Source: Octopus vulgaris
Lineage: Eukaryota
DNA length: 64,000 nucleotides
Direction: 5' to 3'
Assembly: GCA_951406725.2 (NCBI GenBank)
Contig: OX597814.1
Span: 68,014,001-68,078,000, forward strand
Shown here piece by piece: positions 1 to 12,821 of this stretch (position 1 is its first letter; every line of letters starts with the position of its first letter). The notes under the pieces were generated by a model. That model saw nothing but the letters and a program-made list of their open reading frames with translations, was not told the DNA's origin and did not search any database. The position numbers and the translations under genes are program-made.

Positions 1-456
1 GTTGCACATGAGAAAGTAAGGAGGAATGTCAGGAAGGGCATCGCTGTTACACTTCCAGATGGGAAGGGTCTTCCTATGATGCTGACATGCAGTGTCTGTG
101 CAAGACCCTGCCTCAGTAAAGCTGGACTCAAGAGTCATCTTCGTAGTCATAAAGCGAGACAGATGAGTGACAACTTGGCCACTGGTGGTGGTGTAACACA
201 CCATACTAATCATATCTGTTGGGCATGTGGAAGAGAGTGTAGTTCGGCAGGAGGACTTAAACGACATGCAAAGGTACATGAAGATAAGTTACAACTACAG
301 CCGGCTATTACCAGTAAAGATTTTAGTTGCCACCTCTGTACAAGACATTGTAGATCTTTAGCTGGGCTAAAAAGTCACATTCGATCACAGCACCAGTAAG
401 AATTAAGCTTCGTGCAATGGCCATACTCGATAACGAGGGGGCAGCCATAATAATAA
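1..456 (+). mobile_element. 3' end of an RTE-clade LINE: ORF C-terminus (1..399, open from window start) with three C2H2 zinc fingers, then a 3' stem-loop and (TAA)n tail
   Basis: Frame 1 is open from base 1 (VAHEKVRRNVRKG...). Fingers: CSVC..HLRSH, CWAC..HAKVH, CHLC..HIRSQH. The 3' UTR hairpin ATGGC..CTCG-ATAA-CGAG..GCCAT (417-448) is followed by TAATAATAA. Similar C-termini occur in the RTE copies near 26050, 42050 and 46000. Confidence 0.8.
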
Positions 457-579
457 TGTATGTATGTGTATGTATAAATATATGTATGTCGGTGCGCATA
501 TGCTTTACTATATTTATATATAAATGACGTTCCCCCTAACCTAAATTAAGTGCTTAATTATCTTTTTATTCTTTCGTTA

Positions 580-770
580 GCTTGCAGAATCGTGAGAGAG
601 TCGGAAGAACGCCTTGCCGGAATTTCTTTGTTCTGAATATAAATTCATCTGAGATCAACTTTGCCTTTCATCTCTTTGGGGGTCGATAAGTAAAGTATCA
701 GTCATGCACAGGGGTCAAGAGAATAGTCTAACTCCCCTCAAAATTGCTGGCCTTCTGCCTAAATCAGAGG
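580..770 (+). mobile_element. tRNA-derived SINE family A (Meta-like core), diverged copy
   Basis: Core TTTGCCTTTCATC..GGGGTCGATAA..AAGTA.CAG is shared with the copies at 6139, 10676, 10905, 19203 and 55655. Confidence 0.75.
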
Positions 771-1198
771 TCATTATATCTTTTCTGTCTCATTATGTAT
801 ATGTATTTGAAGACATGAGGAGTCTTAGAATAACACTCTACACAATAACTCGTTATAGCTCTTTCCCATTCTTTAATTATCCGATCCCTCCATCAGCTAG
901 ACTTCCATTAGCATATTTAAATACTTACAGACACGTGCACACACAATTTCAGCCACTTCCAATCTTTCACAGATGAAAATCATCCTACTTCAATTCTCAG
1001 TCACGTCTGTGATGAATCTAGCTTTGATCTTTTCATAGATGAAATATGATGCAAGTTGTAAGGAAACTAATATTAATTAATTTATATATAGTTCTATCTA
1101 TCTATCTATCTATCTGTCTGTCTCTCTTTCTCTCTCTCTGTCTCTCTCTCTTTCTCTCTCTCTCTCTGTCTCTCTCTATTTCTCTCTCTCTCTCTCTA

Positions 1199-1248
<50 letters not shown>

Positions 1249-1279
1249 AAGAGAAGGAGAGAGAGAGAGAGAGATAGAG

Positions 1280-1684
1280 TTAAATGTCTTCCATCCTCAT
1301 GAAATCTCTGCGATTTCGGCACATATTCACTGTGTGCCTTAAGTAGACATACTTCTTTACTACTTCAATTTTATCGCTTCCCACCTTTATTTGGGCCTGT
1401 ACCACATCTTCTGACCGCATATATTTTACCTTCGTGTAGTTCATTTTAAGACTTACTGCTAAGCGCTGAGTATTCTGATTTTTCAGCAGCTGGTCTGTTT
1501 TTTCAATGAAGAGAACAATGTCATCTGCGAATCGGTAGTGTGTTAGTTGCTCGCCATTGATGTTCACGCCACCTGTCCAGGCGACGCCATTGATGACCAT
1601 TTCTAGACATGCGGTAAGGAAGTTTGGAGAGAAGGTGTCTCCTTGCTTGACACCCATCACGCGCGTGAGTAGAGAGAAATACAA
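1280..1684 (-). pseudogene. RTE-type LINE reverse transcriptase fragment
   Basis: Motifs GVKQGDTFSP, NINGEQLTHYRFADDIVL and IEVVKKYVYL. Confidence 0.8.
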
Positions 1685-1686
1685 CT

Positions 1687-2450
1687 ATGTATGGGAGTTA
1701 AAAATTATCCGCGCCTGCGCCCTTTTTTAGGTTGATCGCATTGCTTTCAGCGTTCGTGTACTAAAAGATGGTACTCTTCTGATTACGATTTTTGACGTTG
1801 ATCACTCCAGATTTTTTTTCTTGTGTTACAGAGTAAACATGGCCATTCCGTGCCAGTGTGCAGCAAGGATGAACAGAGATCAGTGATCCGATTTCTTTGT
1901 CTGAAGGTATGTCAGAAGCTAAAATTCTTTGCAGGCTTTCAGAACAGTACGGGGACCACGCTCTGCCGCGTAGGAGTGGATCGAGAAGTTTAAAAGCAGT
2001 CGCACAAGCGCAAAGCCTTAACAGGAAGCAGGACGCCCATCAACCTCCACCACTGACGTGAAGATTTAACAAACTCGAGAGATGATTCTGGCGAACCGAC
2101 AAGTGACTATCGATGACGTGGAAAGTTTTCTGCAAATTAGTCTAGTCACGGTTCTGCATACGAAAAGTCTGCGCGAAATAGACACCAAGAGAACTTACCA
2201 AAGCGCTTAAGCACAATCGTGTGAAAATCTGTCAACGCTTACGCAACTGCTACAACGATGAAAACGAAGCGTTTTAGGAGAGAATAGTCACAGATAGAAC
2301 CAGAATCCAAAAGCAGCGTATAGAGTGGAAACATCCAGAATCGCCAAAGTGAAAGAAATTCAAGGCTCAACCATTTTCAGAAAAAGTTGTACTAAACGTT
2401 CTCTTTTTAGGGGTGGGGCGCAAAAGGGCCTATACTGAAAAAATGCTAGT
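1687..2450 (+). mobile_element. Decayed, 3'-truncated mariner transposon
   Basis: Frameshifted translation gives EQRSVIRFL, SEQYGDHALPR, WIEKFKS and EWKHPESP. The start resembles a mariner TIR. Confidence 0.7.
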
Positions 2451-3013
2451 GTTTTATTTTACTTTACTTTTTTCAAGTTAATTAATATTGGACTTTTATA
2501 TTAAAAAATATAAAATTATATTGTTATGGACAAGTTAAATTACCAATTGAAACAATATCAATGTACCATTTATTTTGTTTTCCTTTAAATCTATTCATTT
2601 ACCTTACCCTATTATATTATATTATATTATATTATATTATATTATATTATAGTATTTTTAGTACAAGCAGTGAGTTGCATGGCTACATCTTGACCTACGT
2701 AAGAGACCTTTTACGACAAAGTGTAATAAACTAATCTCTCCCCTTAATGCCTAAAAGGGCCTGTAATTTTAAATGATACCAGAACTATGGAAATATCAAA
2801 TTTCATCACTATCTCCAATATCCTTTACTCTGATTACCCTATGTTTCCTCGCCAAAAGTATACTTTAAGAACGCATATCTAATACTTGAATCTTCAATTC
2901 GCTTGGTCTACCTGTTTGGGTAACATCTGGAATAAAGAGCTGCGTAGGAATATCAACCTTTAGATTTAAATGTGTTGCCATTGATTTCACATAAATCAAC
3001 GAAATTAATATAA

Positions 3014-3045
<32 letters not shown>

Positions 3046-3050
3046 ATATC

Positions 3051-3078
<28 letters not shown>

Positions 3079-3081
<3 letters not shown>

Positions 3082-3240
3082 TGTGTGTGTGTGTGTGTGA
3101 GTTTGTCCCCCATCACCCTGTTTGACAATCGGTGTTAGTTTTACTTCACTGCAACTTAGCTGTTTGGTAAAAGAGTCCTATAGAGTAAGTACCAAGCTTA
3201 GTAATAAAAAAAAAGGATAAGTACTAGGGTCGATTATTCG
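3079..3240 (+). mobile_element. SINE family B, 3' half
   Basis: TTTGTCCCCC..TTGACAATCGGTGT..CTTAGC..TAGAGTAAGTAC matches the 3' half of the 17099 copy. Confidence 0.7.
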
Positions 3241-4548
3241 ACGCAAAAAATACACCACACATACATTATTGCAAGAATTAGAAATAAAAAGTTGATGTTC
3301 AACTATTGAAAGCAGATCATTCAAAAAAACTATCCTCAGCACCAATGGTAGTCTCGGAATATACTGCATGCCAACATTCATTGACCATCATCTATGTTAC
3401 CCGCCATGCACACACATACAAGATGGCAAAGCCCGAGACCCCAGCACTGTCATGTTGCTCGTTGTTCCTTCCTGATAGGAATGCAAAGCAACAGTATGAT
3501 GCTAGTAGCCCATATTTATGTGGAGGCTTCTACATAACTTCATCGTGTATCATATGTTTGATATGGGTGTTCAAGTTATGTTGAAATGATCGACGATGGG
3601 CTTAATCGACCCACTGTAATTGTTGAAGATGTTCGGAACCTATTAGACGAACTTGAACTTCCTGACGACGATAAACATTATATTTAATATAGCTTATGCG
3701 TTCAGCTATTTCAGATTAGCTCTACATTAAGTACTATCAAGTTCACTATGATATTTTTATTTATACTTGAATCATACCATCAACTTTTATTTGTATCTGT
3801 ACATAACTTCTAACACTTTTTCAATTTTTGTTTCTTTAAATATTTCTAATGACTAGGATCGTTGTATCATTTTTTATTAAATACGTTAGCATTTTCCAGA
3901 TTATTCGTCTGTGTCGATATTACTTCCCTTTTACTATGCAAACGATCTAACATTTGAAATATAATATTTTTCTAATTATTGTTTTCTTCTTATATTTTAG
4001 TAATGCCATATCCGGCAATTTTGTTTCCGTTTTATTTTTATTATCCTTAATTTTAATTAATATTTTATGTTATTAAGGCGACGAGTAGGCAGAAACTCTA
4101 TGGTATGCAAATTAATCTAGCCGTTACAATTAAGCTCTAGTTTGTGTTCAATTTAAATTGCGATTTGCTATCAGTTCTCTCTGTTTCCAAAAAGATGAGG
4201 CGGAGTGCTACCCTTCAACTGGCCAACAAACCAGCATGCGTTTTAGGACATATATTTTCCTTTACTGTCATTAAAGAGAAAATAAAGCTGAATTCCTATT
4301 GGTCTAACCATTACCGCTAAGTTCTAGCTGATGTTTAATTATAATATATATTTACTATTGTTTTTCTTTCTTTTTTTTTGGTGGACAGAAGAACGATGGA
4401 ATACTTTATTTGTGATGATTGGTAAACACATTATGGAACATATCAACACAATATTGTCTCCTTTCCGCTCTACGAAGAGAATAATGAAACGTTTATAACC
4501 GTTTCAAGTTTCCCAAGAAAAGCTTTAAAATATCATTAAAATATCATG

Positions 4549-4597
<49 letters not shown>

Positions 4598-4639
4598 ATG
4601 TATATGTATGTACATATATGCATGTGTATATATGTAAGT

Positions 4640-6110
4640 AAAATCTCTAGCTGGCGACCGGAGGTGGATGCTGTACTCTCAACCAAATCGCTGCTGTGGG
4701 TGCCGCTGGATGACGGACTCTGGTAATGATGTCATTCCACACGTTCCGATGTAACTTCAAGTCTTCCTTAATTTTTGGGGCTCATATCTTCTTAACTGCG
4801 CTGCGCTGGATTCTCAAATTCGTCGGTCGCTGCCGCCACAAGAGTTGGAGTGGTAGTCTTCCGGTACTTATCCTGCAGACGAGACCAAATCAATGTAACT
4901 TGTGCTGCTAGACTTGGTCGGCTGCTGCTGGCATTGTTCACGAATGTTGTTATTCGAAATTCAGTCGCATAGAGAGACGCCAAAGATCTGACGAAGACAC
5001 CGCATATAGAACACTCCAAGCTTATTCAGGTCCCGTTTGAGAATGGTCCATGTTTCGGTGCTGAAGAGGAGGCCAGGCAAAACCAACGTGCGGAAAAGAT
5101 GTAGGGCATTTTCCAGACACTTAATCGAAGGGATGCAAACGCAGAAATCGCAGACCCGATTCAGCAGTTGACGCCATTTTGTTTCTCCGCAACCAGTGAG
5201 ACGAGATAGTTGAACTGCCGCACCTGCTCAGTCTGAATGCTATCAAAATGCGCTGCAGCCGGTAAGTCATCCGTTGTTAGAACTTTCGTTTTGTCCGCGT
5301 AGATCCTGAAGTAATAAAGCCTTGCAAAGCGGGCTATATTGTACAAAATGTCTGTAAATTTGGCGTCACTAGTGGCGAAGATGGTGCTGTTTCGGCGAAC
5401 ATGAGGTCTGTCACAAATCTGATGGCGTTGAGTTGTACACTCCTTTGTCGTCATGATGGTGTCAATGATAACATTGAACAGGAGAGATGAGACCCCATCT
5501 CCTTGTCGAACGCCTGTTCTGATGGCGAACTCCTCTGAAAGGTTATCTCGGATTTGGACCAGCTGGTTGAACCAACATAGGCTGAACGTAGAAGTGTAAT
5601 AATGATCTTCGGAGGCTCTTACTTGGTTTCTAATGATCTCCATTGGGCGGTCCAGTTGCCGCTGTCGAAGATGGACTTGACATCGATGAATAAAGCCACA
5701 GTTAGCCACCCACAGTGCGTTCTTCCATCAGTTGGCGATGGGCAAAGATTTGGTTGTAACATCCGCGGCCAGGTCGAAAACCAGCGTGTTCTTTCCTGTT
5801 GGTCTGCTCGCGATGCTTTTGGAGCCTCGATTGAATGATCTTCATAAAGACCTTCCCAACGATTGAGAGTAGGCTAATACCCTAGTTGTTTTTGCATTCC
5901 CTGCCGCCTTTCTTATGAATATGAATGATGATAGCCTTCTTCCATCTCGAAGGTATGCTGTTTGATCGCTACAGGTGTAGGATGAGCGCAAAGTGTCCTT
6001 TAAGCAGTACTACACATCCAGCCTTGATCACCTCAGCAGTAACCTGGTCCAAGCCAGGGGCTCTTCCATTTGTTCAACAAGCACACTTCTTCTTTCACTT
6101 CCTATAATGT
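4640..6110 (-). mobile_element. RTE-like LINE, RT and C-terminal region, decayed
   Basis: Motifs APGLDQVTAEVIKAG, FAIRTGVRQGDGVS and EQVRQFNYL; GC-richer than the flanks. Confidence 0.75.
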
Positions 6111-6138
6111 ATCCATCGCGGTATTATATGAACTTCGA

Positions 6139-6357
6139 AGGCAGCGAGCTGGCAGAATCGTTACCACGCTGGAAAAAATGCGTAGCAGTATTTCGTCCAT
6201 CGCTACATTCTGAGTTCAAATTCCGCCGAAGTCAATTTTGCCTTTCATACTTTCGGGGTCGATAAATTAAGTACTACGAAACACTGGATGCGATGTAATC
6301 GACTAACACTCTCCCCACAAATTTCAGGCCTTGTGCCTATTGTGGAAAGGATTATAT
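6139..6357 (+). mobile_element. SINE family A, full-length young copy
   Basis: Pol III A-box-like TGGCAGAATCG and B-box GTTCAAATTCC, Meta-like core, and tail GGCCTTGTGCC..GGATTAT. Confidence 0.85.
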
Positions 6358-6359
6358 AA

Positions 6360-6735
6360 ACTGCGATCTACTGGATCGAGAACAATGGTCGTCGACCCGC
6401 CCTCGACACAAAGTTGACGCGCTACCATTCTGGCGGTAACGAGTGTGAAGCTGGAGTCGGCTTCATGCTCGAACAAAAGGCTTGACACGGCGTCATCACA
6501 TTTCAACCAGCGTCGATCGCCTGGAGGTTGTCACCATCAGTGGAACGATCAATTCGCACGTCAACTCTGTCTATGTGCTGAATGAGGCCAGCTCAAACTC
6601 CGCTAAGGATGACTTTTACAATCTGCTGCAACATGCGCTGGAATCGATCACACAAACAGAAATTACCATCATCGCAAGCGACTTCAATGAACTCGTTGGC
6701 TCGGACAGATATGGTTGGGAGACTACCATGGTAAG
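6360..6735 (+). pseudogene. APE endonuclease fragment of an RTE-like LINE
   Basis: Motifs GVGFML, SVY..NE..KDDFYNLLQ and IIASDFNELVG. Confidence 0.7.
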
Positions 6736-7004
6736 TTTGGACTACGTATATATGTATAAATATACCCCTATATTCACTTACTTGTTTCAGTCAGCAGACT
6801 GCAATCATTCTAGGGCACGACCATAAAGAATTTTAATGGAATGAATCGACCCCAGCACTTATTTATTTATTTATTTTTTTAAAAACCTGGTAATTATTCT
6901 ATCGGTTCGTTTTTGCCGAACCGCCGAATTGCAGGGACATAAACACACCAAAACTGGTTGTCAAGCGGTGGTGAGAGCCAAACACAAATACACACACACG
7001 CACA

Positions 7005-7069
<65 letters not shown>

Positions 7070-7083
7070 ACATACATACATGA

Positions 7084-7114
<31 letters not shown>

Positions 7115-7183
7115 CATACATACATACATGCTTACATACATACATATACATATACATAATACATACATACATACATACATACA

Positions 7184-7271
<88 letters not shown>

Positions 7272-7276
<5 letters not shown>

Positions 7277-8840
7277 GTAACAGAAAAGAGGAATTTCGAT
7301 TATCCCCACGTGGTGAGTTGTAATGTATATAAGAAATTAAAAAAGGAAAATACGCACACTTACATAGTTTTAATATAATTTTTAATATATCGACCGGTTT
7401 CGCTATCGCTATTCATGATATTATATTTTACTTATTTGAATATATATTTTTTTTCTTAGAAGAAATTTGGTCCATGTTGTGTGTGATGAAATTCACGAGT
7501 GAATGACTTCACAAGTAGATAAATAAAGGGAGGTAATTGGTTGTTATTGTTGTGGGTAAGAGAGATAACTGTTCAGCTTTCGGTAATGGGTGGTGATTAT
7601 ATGTGTGTACAGAACAGAGACAGGTTTCAAAAACCTTGTTTAGTAGGGGATTTATGTATAGTGATGTAATCGTGAATTGAAATATGTAAAAATATAAAAG
7701 TTGGCTATGTGTGCATATTAAGACGTGTTTTGTATTTTTCAATGAAAAAAGTTTCTTTATTTAAACGTTCTAGTTGAGAGATTGCGCCTTTGCACTGGTA
7801 GAAAGGTAAGACTGTGAAATTTGGTTGAATCTTACCTGCGCATTTTTCTATATGTTCACTGAGAGGAATTCGTCTGTATTGCGGGAAACGGATTTGCTCC
7901 TTATGTAGAGTGGTTCTCGTTCTCAAGGTTCTCCTGTTTTTTGTATTTGATGAGTTTGTGTGTTTTCAGGATGTCGTTCATTTTTGGATCTCTAGTTAGT
8001 AAAGGGAGAGTTTGCACAATAGTCTTGAATACCTCACTGTTTCTGGGGTTGTGTGTTGATATAAATAGTAATGTTTTGGTTTGAGGTGTGGTGCTGTTTT
8101 TTTGTTCTGAGTGTTTTTTGTGTCTAATTTTTTGGCACGTTAAATTCCCTCGCCGATAAGAGAGGGTAGATATTGTCTTTCAATAAGTGTTCTTTTGAGG
8201 TCTTGAAGACGAAGGTCCCGAGTTGTTCTATCAGACACTATTGTACAGATCCTTTTGGCTAAGTTGAAAGGGATGTTTATTTTTATTTGTTTCGGGTGGC
8301 ATGAGTTAAAAAGAAGATATTGTTTTGAATCTGTTGGTTTATAATAAATGTCAGTTATGATTTCATTGTTAACTTTTTTTATCATCATGTCTAAAAATGA
8401 AAGTTGTTCTTTATTATATTCCATTGTGAATTGAATGTTACTATTTATGTCATTTAGTGTTGTTTTGAAATCCAAAAGTTTGTCGATGTTCTCCTTTCAG
8501 ATGATAAAGCAGTCATCCAGGTATCGCTTCCAATTTCCTCTTATGGGTAACCATATTTCTGAAGTGATACTTCATATAAGGTGAAATAACCCATCTAATG
8601 ATTCGCAAGAACATAAGCTGCTTTCGTCCCCATCGCAATTCCGCATTTCTGACGATAGTATGTGTCATCAAATAGGAAATAATTGTTCTGAAGTATAAAT
8701 TTTAAGGATTCAATAATAAAGATCTGGTTTATGCGTTCCGGGAGGCCTTCGGGGTACTTTTCCAACCAGAATTTAATTGCTTTTATTCCATAGTCATGGA
8801 GGATGTTGGTGTAAAGATTGATAACGTCGAGGGTGACCAA
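7272..8840 (-). mobile_element. Penelope-like element (5'-truncated, internally deleted) with RT, GIY-YIG C-terminus and 3' pseudo-LTR
   Basis: Motifs VTLDVINLYTNI, YRQKCGIAMGTKAA, WKRYLDDCF, YYKPTDSKQYL and HKEQI..SEHIEKC. It ends at a (TA)n tract. Confidence 0.9.
7387..7421 (-). ncRNA. Minimal type I hammerhead ribozyme, A3-U8 core variant
   Basis: Minus strand reads ATATC-ATGAATA-GC-GATA-GC-GAAA-CCGG-TC-GATAT: 5-bp stem I, palindromic stem III (ACCGGT) and a GUC site. Confidence 0.7.
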
Positions 8841-9054
8841 TATATATCCGACTGGATTCTTTTAGTTTTCGTCTACCAAATTCCTCTCGCAAGACTTTAG
8901 CCGGTCTGCCGTTTGCATAGTATAATACACATGCTTTTGATGCCACGCAGTGGGACTGAACCCGGAATCGCGAGGTTAGGAAGCAAACTTCTTACTAGTC
9001 AACCTACGCCTGCGCCTAAAAATATAGAACGCTCCACGAATTTGATGGACGTCC

Positions 9055-9096
<42 letters not shown>

Positions 9097-9097
9097 A

Positions 9098-9365
9098 ACC
9101 GGACTGTGTTTTGTGCTCTTGAGCAAGACACTATTTCACGTTGCTCTAGTTCACTCAGGTGTGCAAATGAGTTGCGGCGTCACTGGTGCCAAGTTGTATC
9201 AGCCTTAGCTTTTCCCCTGGGTAACAAGGGCGGCGTGGAAAGGGAAGGCTCGTATGCATGAGTGACTGCTGGTCTTCCATAAACAACCTTGCCCGGGCTT
9301 GTGCCTTGGAGGGTAACTTTCTAGGTGCAATCCCATAGTCATTCATGACCGAAGAGGGTCTTTAG
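9098..9365 (+). mobile_element. SINE family C (TTGAGCAAGACAC core); a related fragment lies at about 11140-11245
   Basis: Motif GTG..CTTGAGCAAGAC.CT..TCACGT.GCTC..T..ACTCA is present at both sites. Confidence 0.55.
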
Positions 9366-9714
9366 CCTTTATATATAGGTATGTATGTATGTATGAGGAA
9401 TAATAACACGTTACAAACGATTTGGTATAAATAAAAATGAACACACCAACACTGGTTGTCTATCGGTGGCGAGGAACAAACACAGATACGGATACGTACA
9501 AACACAAATACACACACATGCACACGCATGCTCGCGTACATACGCACACACACACATACATATGACTCAACTGTTATACACTGACCTTACACTCATCTTT
9601 TACCTGCTATATGTTTTATATTATAATTCACCATTTTTTACAATGGTTAATATTTAGTCTAATATTGATTATATTGACATTTGTTATAGCATTATATTTC
9701 ATGCATTTTTCTAC

Positions 9715-10110
9715 AGGTGTTCATCGAGGTGACCATCATGGTCTGCTCCTTTTTGCGATGGCTGTCGATAATGTTGCTCGATCAGTCTGTTCACCCTTCA
9801 ATGCATGGTACCTGGATGATGTTACTCAGGGTGACTCGGCTGAATCGTTTGCTGAGAACCTTCAACAGGTTGCATTCTTAGGTCTCCAGTCCTCCCGAAA
9901 ACCATAACAGAGTTCCTGCAGACCAAGTTGGCGGACTTGTCCAAGATTACCGAGGGACTGCGCCTCAATTATGCGCACCCGGCGTTCTTCTTGAGGAATT
10001 GCTTTGCACCATCTAGGTTCCTTTTCTCAGAGACCGCCCCAGTGATGTCAGTAACACCATTCGGCGTTGTGCTGAACTGATCTGCAATGTCAGTTTTGAC
10101 AGCACCGGCT
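9715..10110 (+). pseudogene. CRE-clade non-LTR retrotransposon RT remnant
   Basis: GVHRGDHHGLLLFAM..NAWYLDDVT matches the CRE-type GVQQGDPLGP..WYLDDG pattern. Downstream AHPAFFLRNCF is also CRE-like. Confidence 0.65.
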
Positions 10111-10675
10111 GTCTAAGTGTCCCTTCTGTGTACTTTTAAGTATGTGATATGTTATTAAAAATTCTTATTTGGGAGTATCTGAACACTTTCCTGGAAGAAT
10201 GCACGCAACTCGGGGATAACTCATATCTATGGTTCAAGCATAAATTACATTTCGAGTTCTCACTGGTACATGATGAAGCCCTACAATTTACTACTGAATT
10301 TGGTGTTTTTATCCTTTAATGACCAGATGAATACCCTCAAGCTTTTACTACACATTTTATCCCTATCCCTGAACGAAGTAAGGTGATTACGCATTCACTG
10401 CGTATTTATATTCTCTCATATAAATAATTGTTAACAATTACGCATTATCATTGTAATTACACAATGAGAATAATAATTTTGACTGAAGTGGGTTAGACGA
10501 TACCATCGACACGTATATTCGATTGGTTCTCTGTTGTTATTCAACCCAATAGTATAAAAAGTAAAGCTGAACTAAAAAAAAAAAGGAACCGAGATAAATA
10601 CCACAAAGCATTTTTACACACTCTAAATATAAAACCTGTCTACATGTAATACTGATTTCTTATAGATTCAAATGT

Positions 10676-11085
10676 TGATACAAGGCCAGCCATTATCTAG
10701 GAAGGAGGTTAGTTGTTTACATCGACCCCAGTAGTTAAATGGTACTTACTTTTATCCGCCCTAAAAGAATGAGAGGCAAAGTTGACCGCGGTGGGATTAG
10801 AACTCCGAATGTATACAACCGGAAGAAATGGCGCTAAGTATTTTGCCCGGCGTACTGACGATTCTGTCAGTTCACCGTCTTGTGAGCTCTGAATAATAAT
10901 TCTTTCTGTTATAGGCACAAGACCTTAGTACTCAACAAATACGTATTTGAAGGAGCCCGAAAGGATGAAAGCAAAGCTAACCTCGGCGGCATTTGAACTC
11001 AGAATGCAAAGATAGGAGAATACCGCTGAGTATTTTGTCCGGTGCGGTAACGATTCGTCATGTGAGCTCTGAATAATAATAAAAT
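10676..11085 (-). mobile_element. Two tandem SINE family A copies
   Basis: Reverse complement of the family A head and core occurs twice, each with the flank TGTGAGCTCTGAATAATAAT. Confidence 0.75.
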
Positions 11086-11595
11086 ATAGTTGTAATTACC
11101 TGAGAGTTATCTTACCGGGAAGAATCATATTGGGTGTCACGAGTATACGGTGGTGTGTCTGATTCGTGGACAGGCTAGCTTGTTGTGTCCTTGAGCAAGA
11201 CGCTTCATATCACGTCGCTCCCATCTACTCAACTGTAAAGGTGTATCAGGTTCGAGCTGGTATAACTGTCTCTCTCTCTGCAAGTGTCACATTCCCAGTG
11301 TCCCACTGGGTCAAAGTGGAGGGCCAACAGGGTGGCGAGTCTGCTCGCACCTACGGAAGCCCCTAAAACAATACTAGAAACATGGTACAATCTACGGGGT
11401 TATACTCACTTGCAAGTGACGGCTAAGCATATCATGTGTGTGTGTGTGTGTGCTTGCGTTTGTGTGTGTGTGTGAATGTGTGTGTGTGTGTGTGTGAATG
11501 TGTGTGTGTGTGTGTGTGCAAACACATATGTATATGGGTAGGTATAATCGCCCCTCGAGTATTATTTTCTATATAAAACTCGGATGTAATACTCC

Positions 11596-11850
11596 TACTC
11601 TTTCAGTCATTTGACTGTGGCCATGCTGAATCACCGCCTTAAGTCGAACAAATCGACCCCAGGGCTTGTTCCTTGTAAGCCTAGTACTTATTCTATCAGT
11701 CTCTTTTGCCGAACCGCTAAGTTACGGGGACGGAAACACACCAGCATCGGTTGTCAAGCGATATTGGGGGGACCAACACAGACACACAAACACACAAACA
11801 CACACACACACATACACACACACACATACACACACACACATGCACACACA

Positions 11851-11882
<32 letters not shown>

Positions 11883-12055
11883 CATATATACGACAGGCTT
11901 CTTTCAGTTTCCGTCTACCAAATCCACTCACAAGGCTTTGGTCGGACCGAGGCTATAGTGGAAGACATTTTCCCAAGATGCCACGCAGTGGGACTCAACC
12001 CGGAATCACGTGGTTGGTTAAGCACACTACTTATCACACAACCACTCCTGCGCCT
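11596..12055 (-). mobile_element. SINE family B, full-length
   Basis: Reverse-complement match to 17099-17504, including the internal microsatellite. Confidence 0.85.
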
Positions 12056-12730
12056 ATAATGTTTAATAAATGAAAATTGATTTTGAAAAACACATACTCG
12101 TACACCATCCTTTAAATTAAATATCTAAATTTATGCCATTGACCTGTTTGTGTTATATTTTATTTTATACACGCAAACGGAGGTGAAGTGGCAGATTCGT
12201 TAGAGATTGGGACTTAATGCCAGGTGGTATTCGTTAAGTTTCCATGTTGAAGTCAACTTTGCCTTTCATAAAATATAGCAATAATCCAGAGGGTGTATTG
12301 GCATAATCTTATAGCGATAAATTAAAATACTTTGCACACACGCATACACACATGCATAGATGCGCGCGCACACACTCTCACACACACACAAACACACATG
12401 CATTCTTTTTCTCACTTTCTTTTTCTCCATGCATACGCAGATATATATACTCGCGCACAAACACGCATATGTATACATATATGTATGTATTTATACACGT
12501 ACATACGTATATATTTATATATATATATATATATGATACACAAATACATAAATGCACATATATATAAATATACACACACATGTGTATACATATATATAGA
12601 TACAAATAAACATGTATATATATTTACGTATGTATACATATATATTTATATGAATATATATAATATATAGTACTTAAGTGTGTTTGTGTGTGTGTGTGTG
12701 TGTGTGCGTGTGCGTGTGCGTGTGCGTGTT

Positions 12731-12821
<91 letters not shown>

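Larger units (their letters stand above)
6776..9016 (-). mobile_element. SINE family B copy split by a PLE insertion (head 8845-9016, 3' half 6776-6990)
   Basis: Both halves match the 17099 copy in the same orientation, and the PLE lies inside the SINE's internal (TA)/(CA) tract. Confidence 0.7.

Noticed and set aside
3270-3680. Cys-containing and acidic short frames resembling piggyBac termini
   Set aside because: Similarity is too weak and no TTAA/TIR was identified.
6894-7309. ORFs of YI/CV/HT/LSIY repeats (also near 12300, 16700, 23750, 46180, 49000 and 61160)
   Set aside because: They are translations of stop-free microsatellites, with no coding signal.
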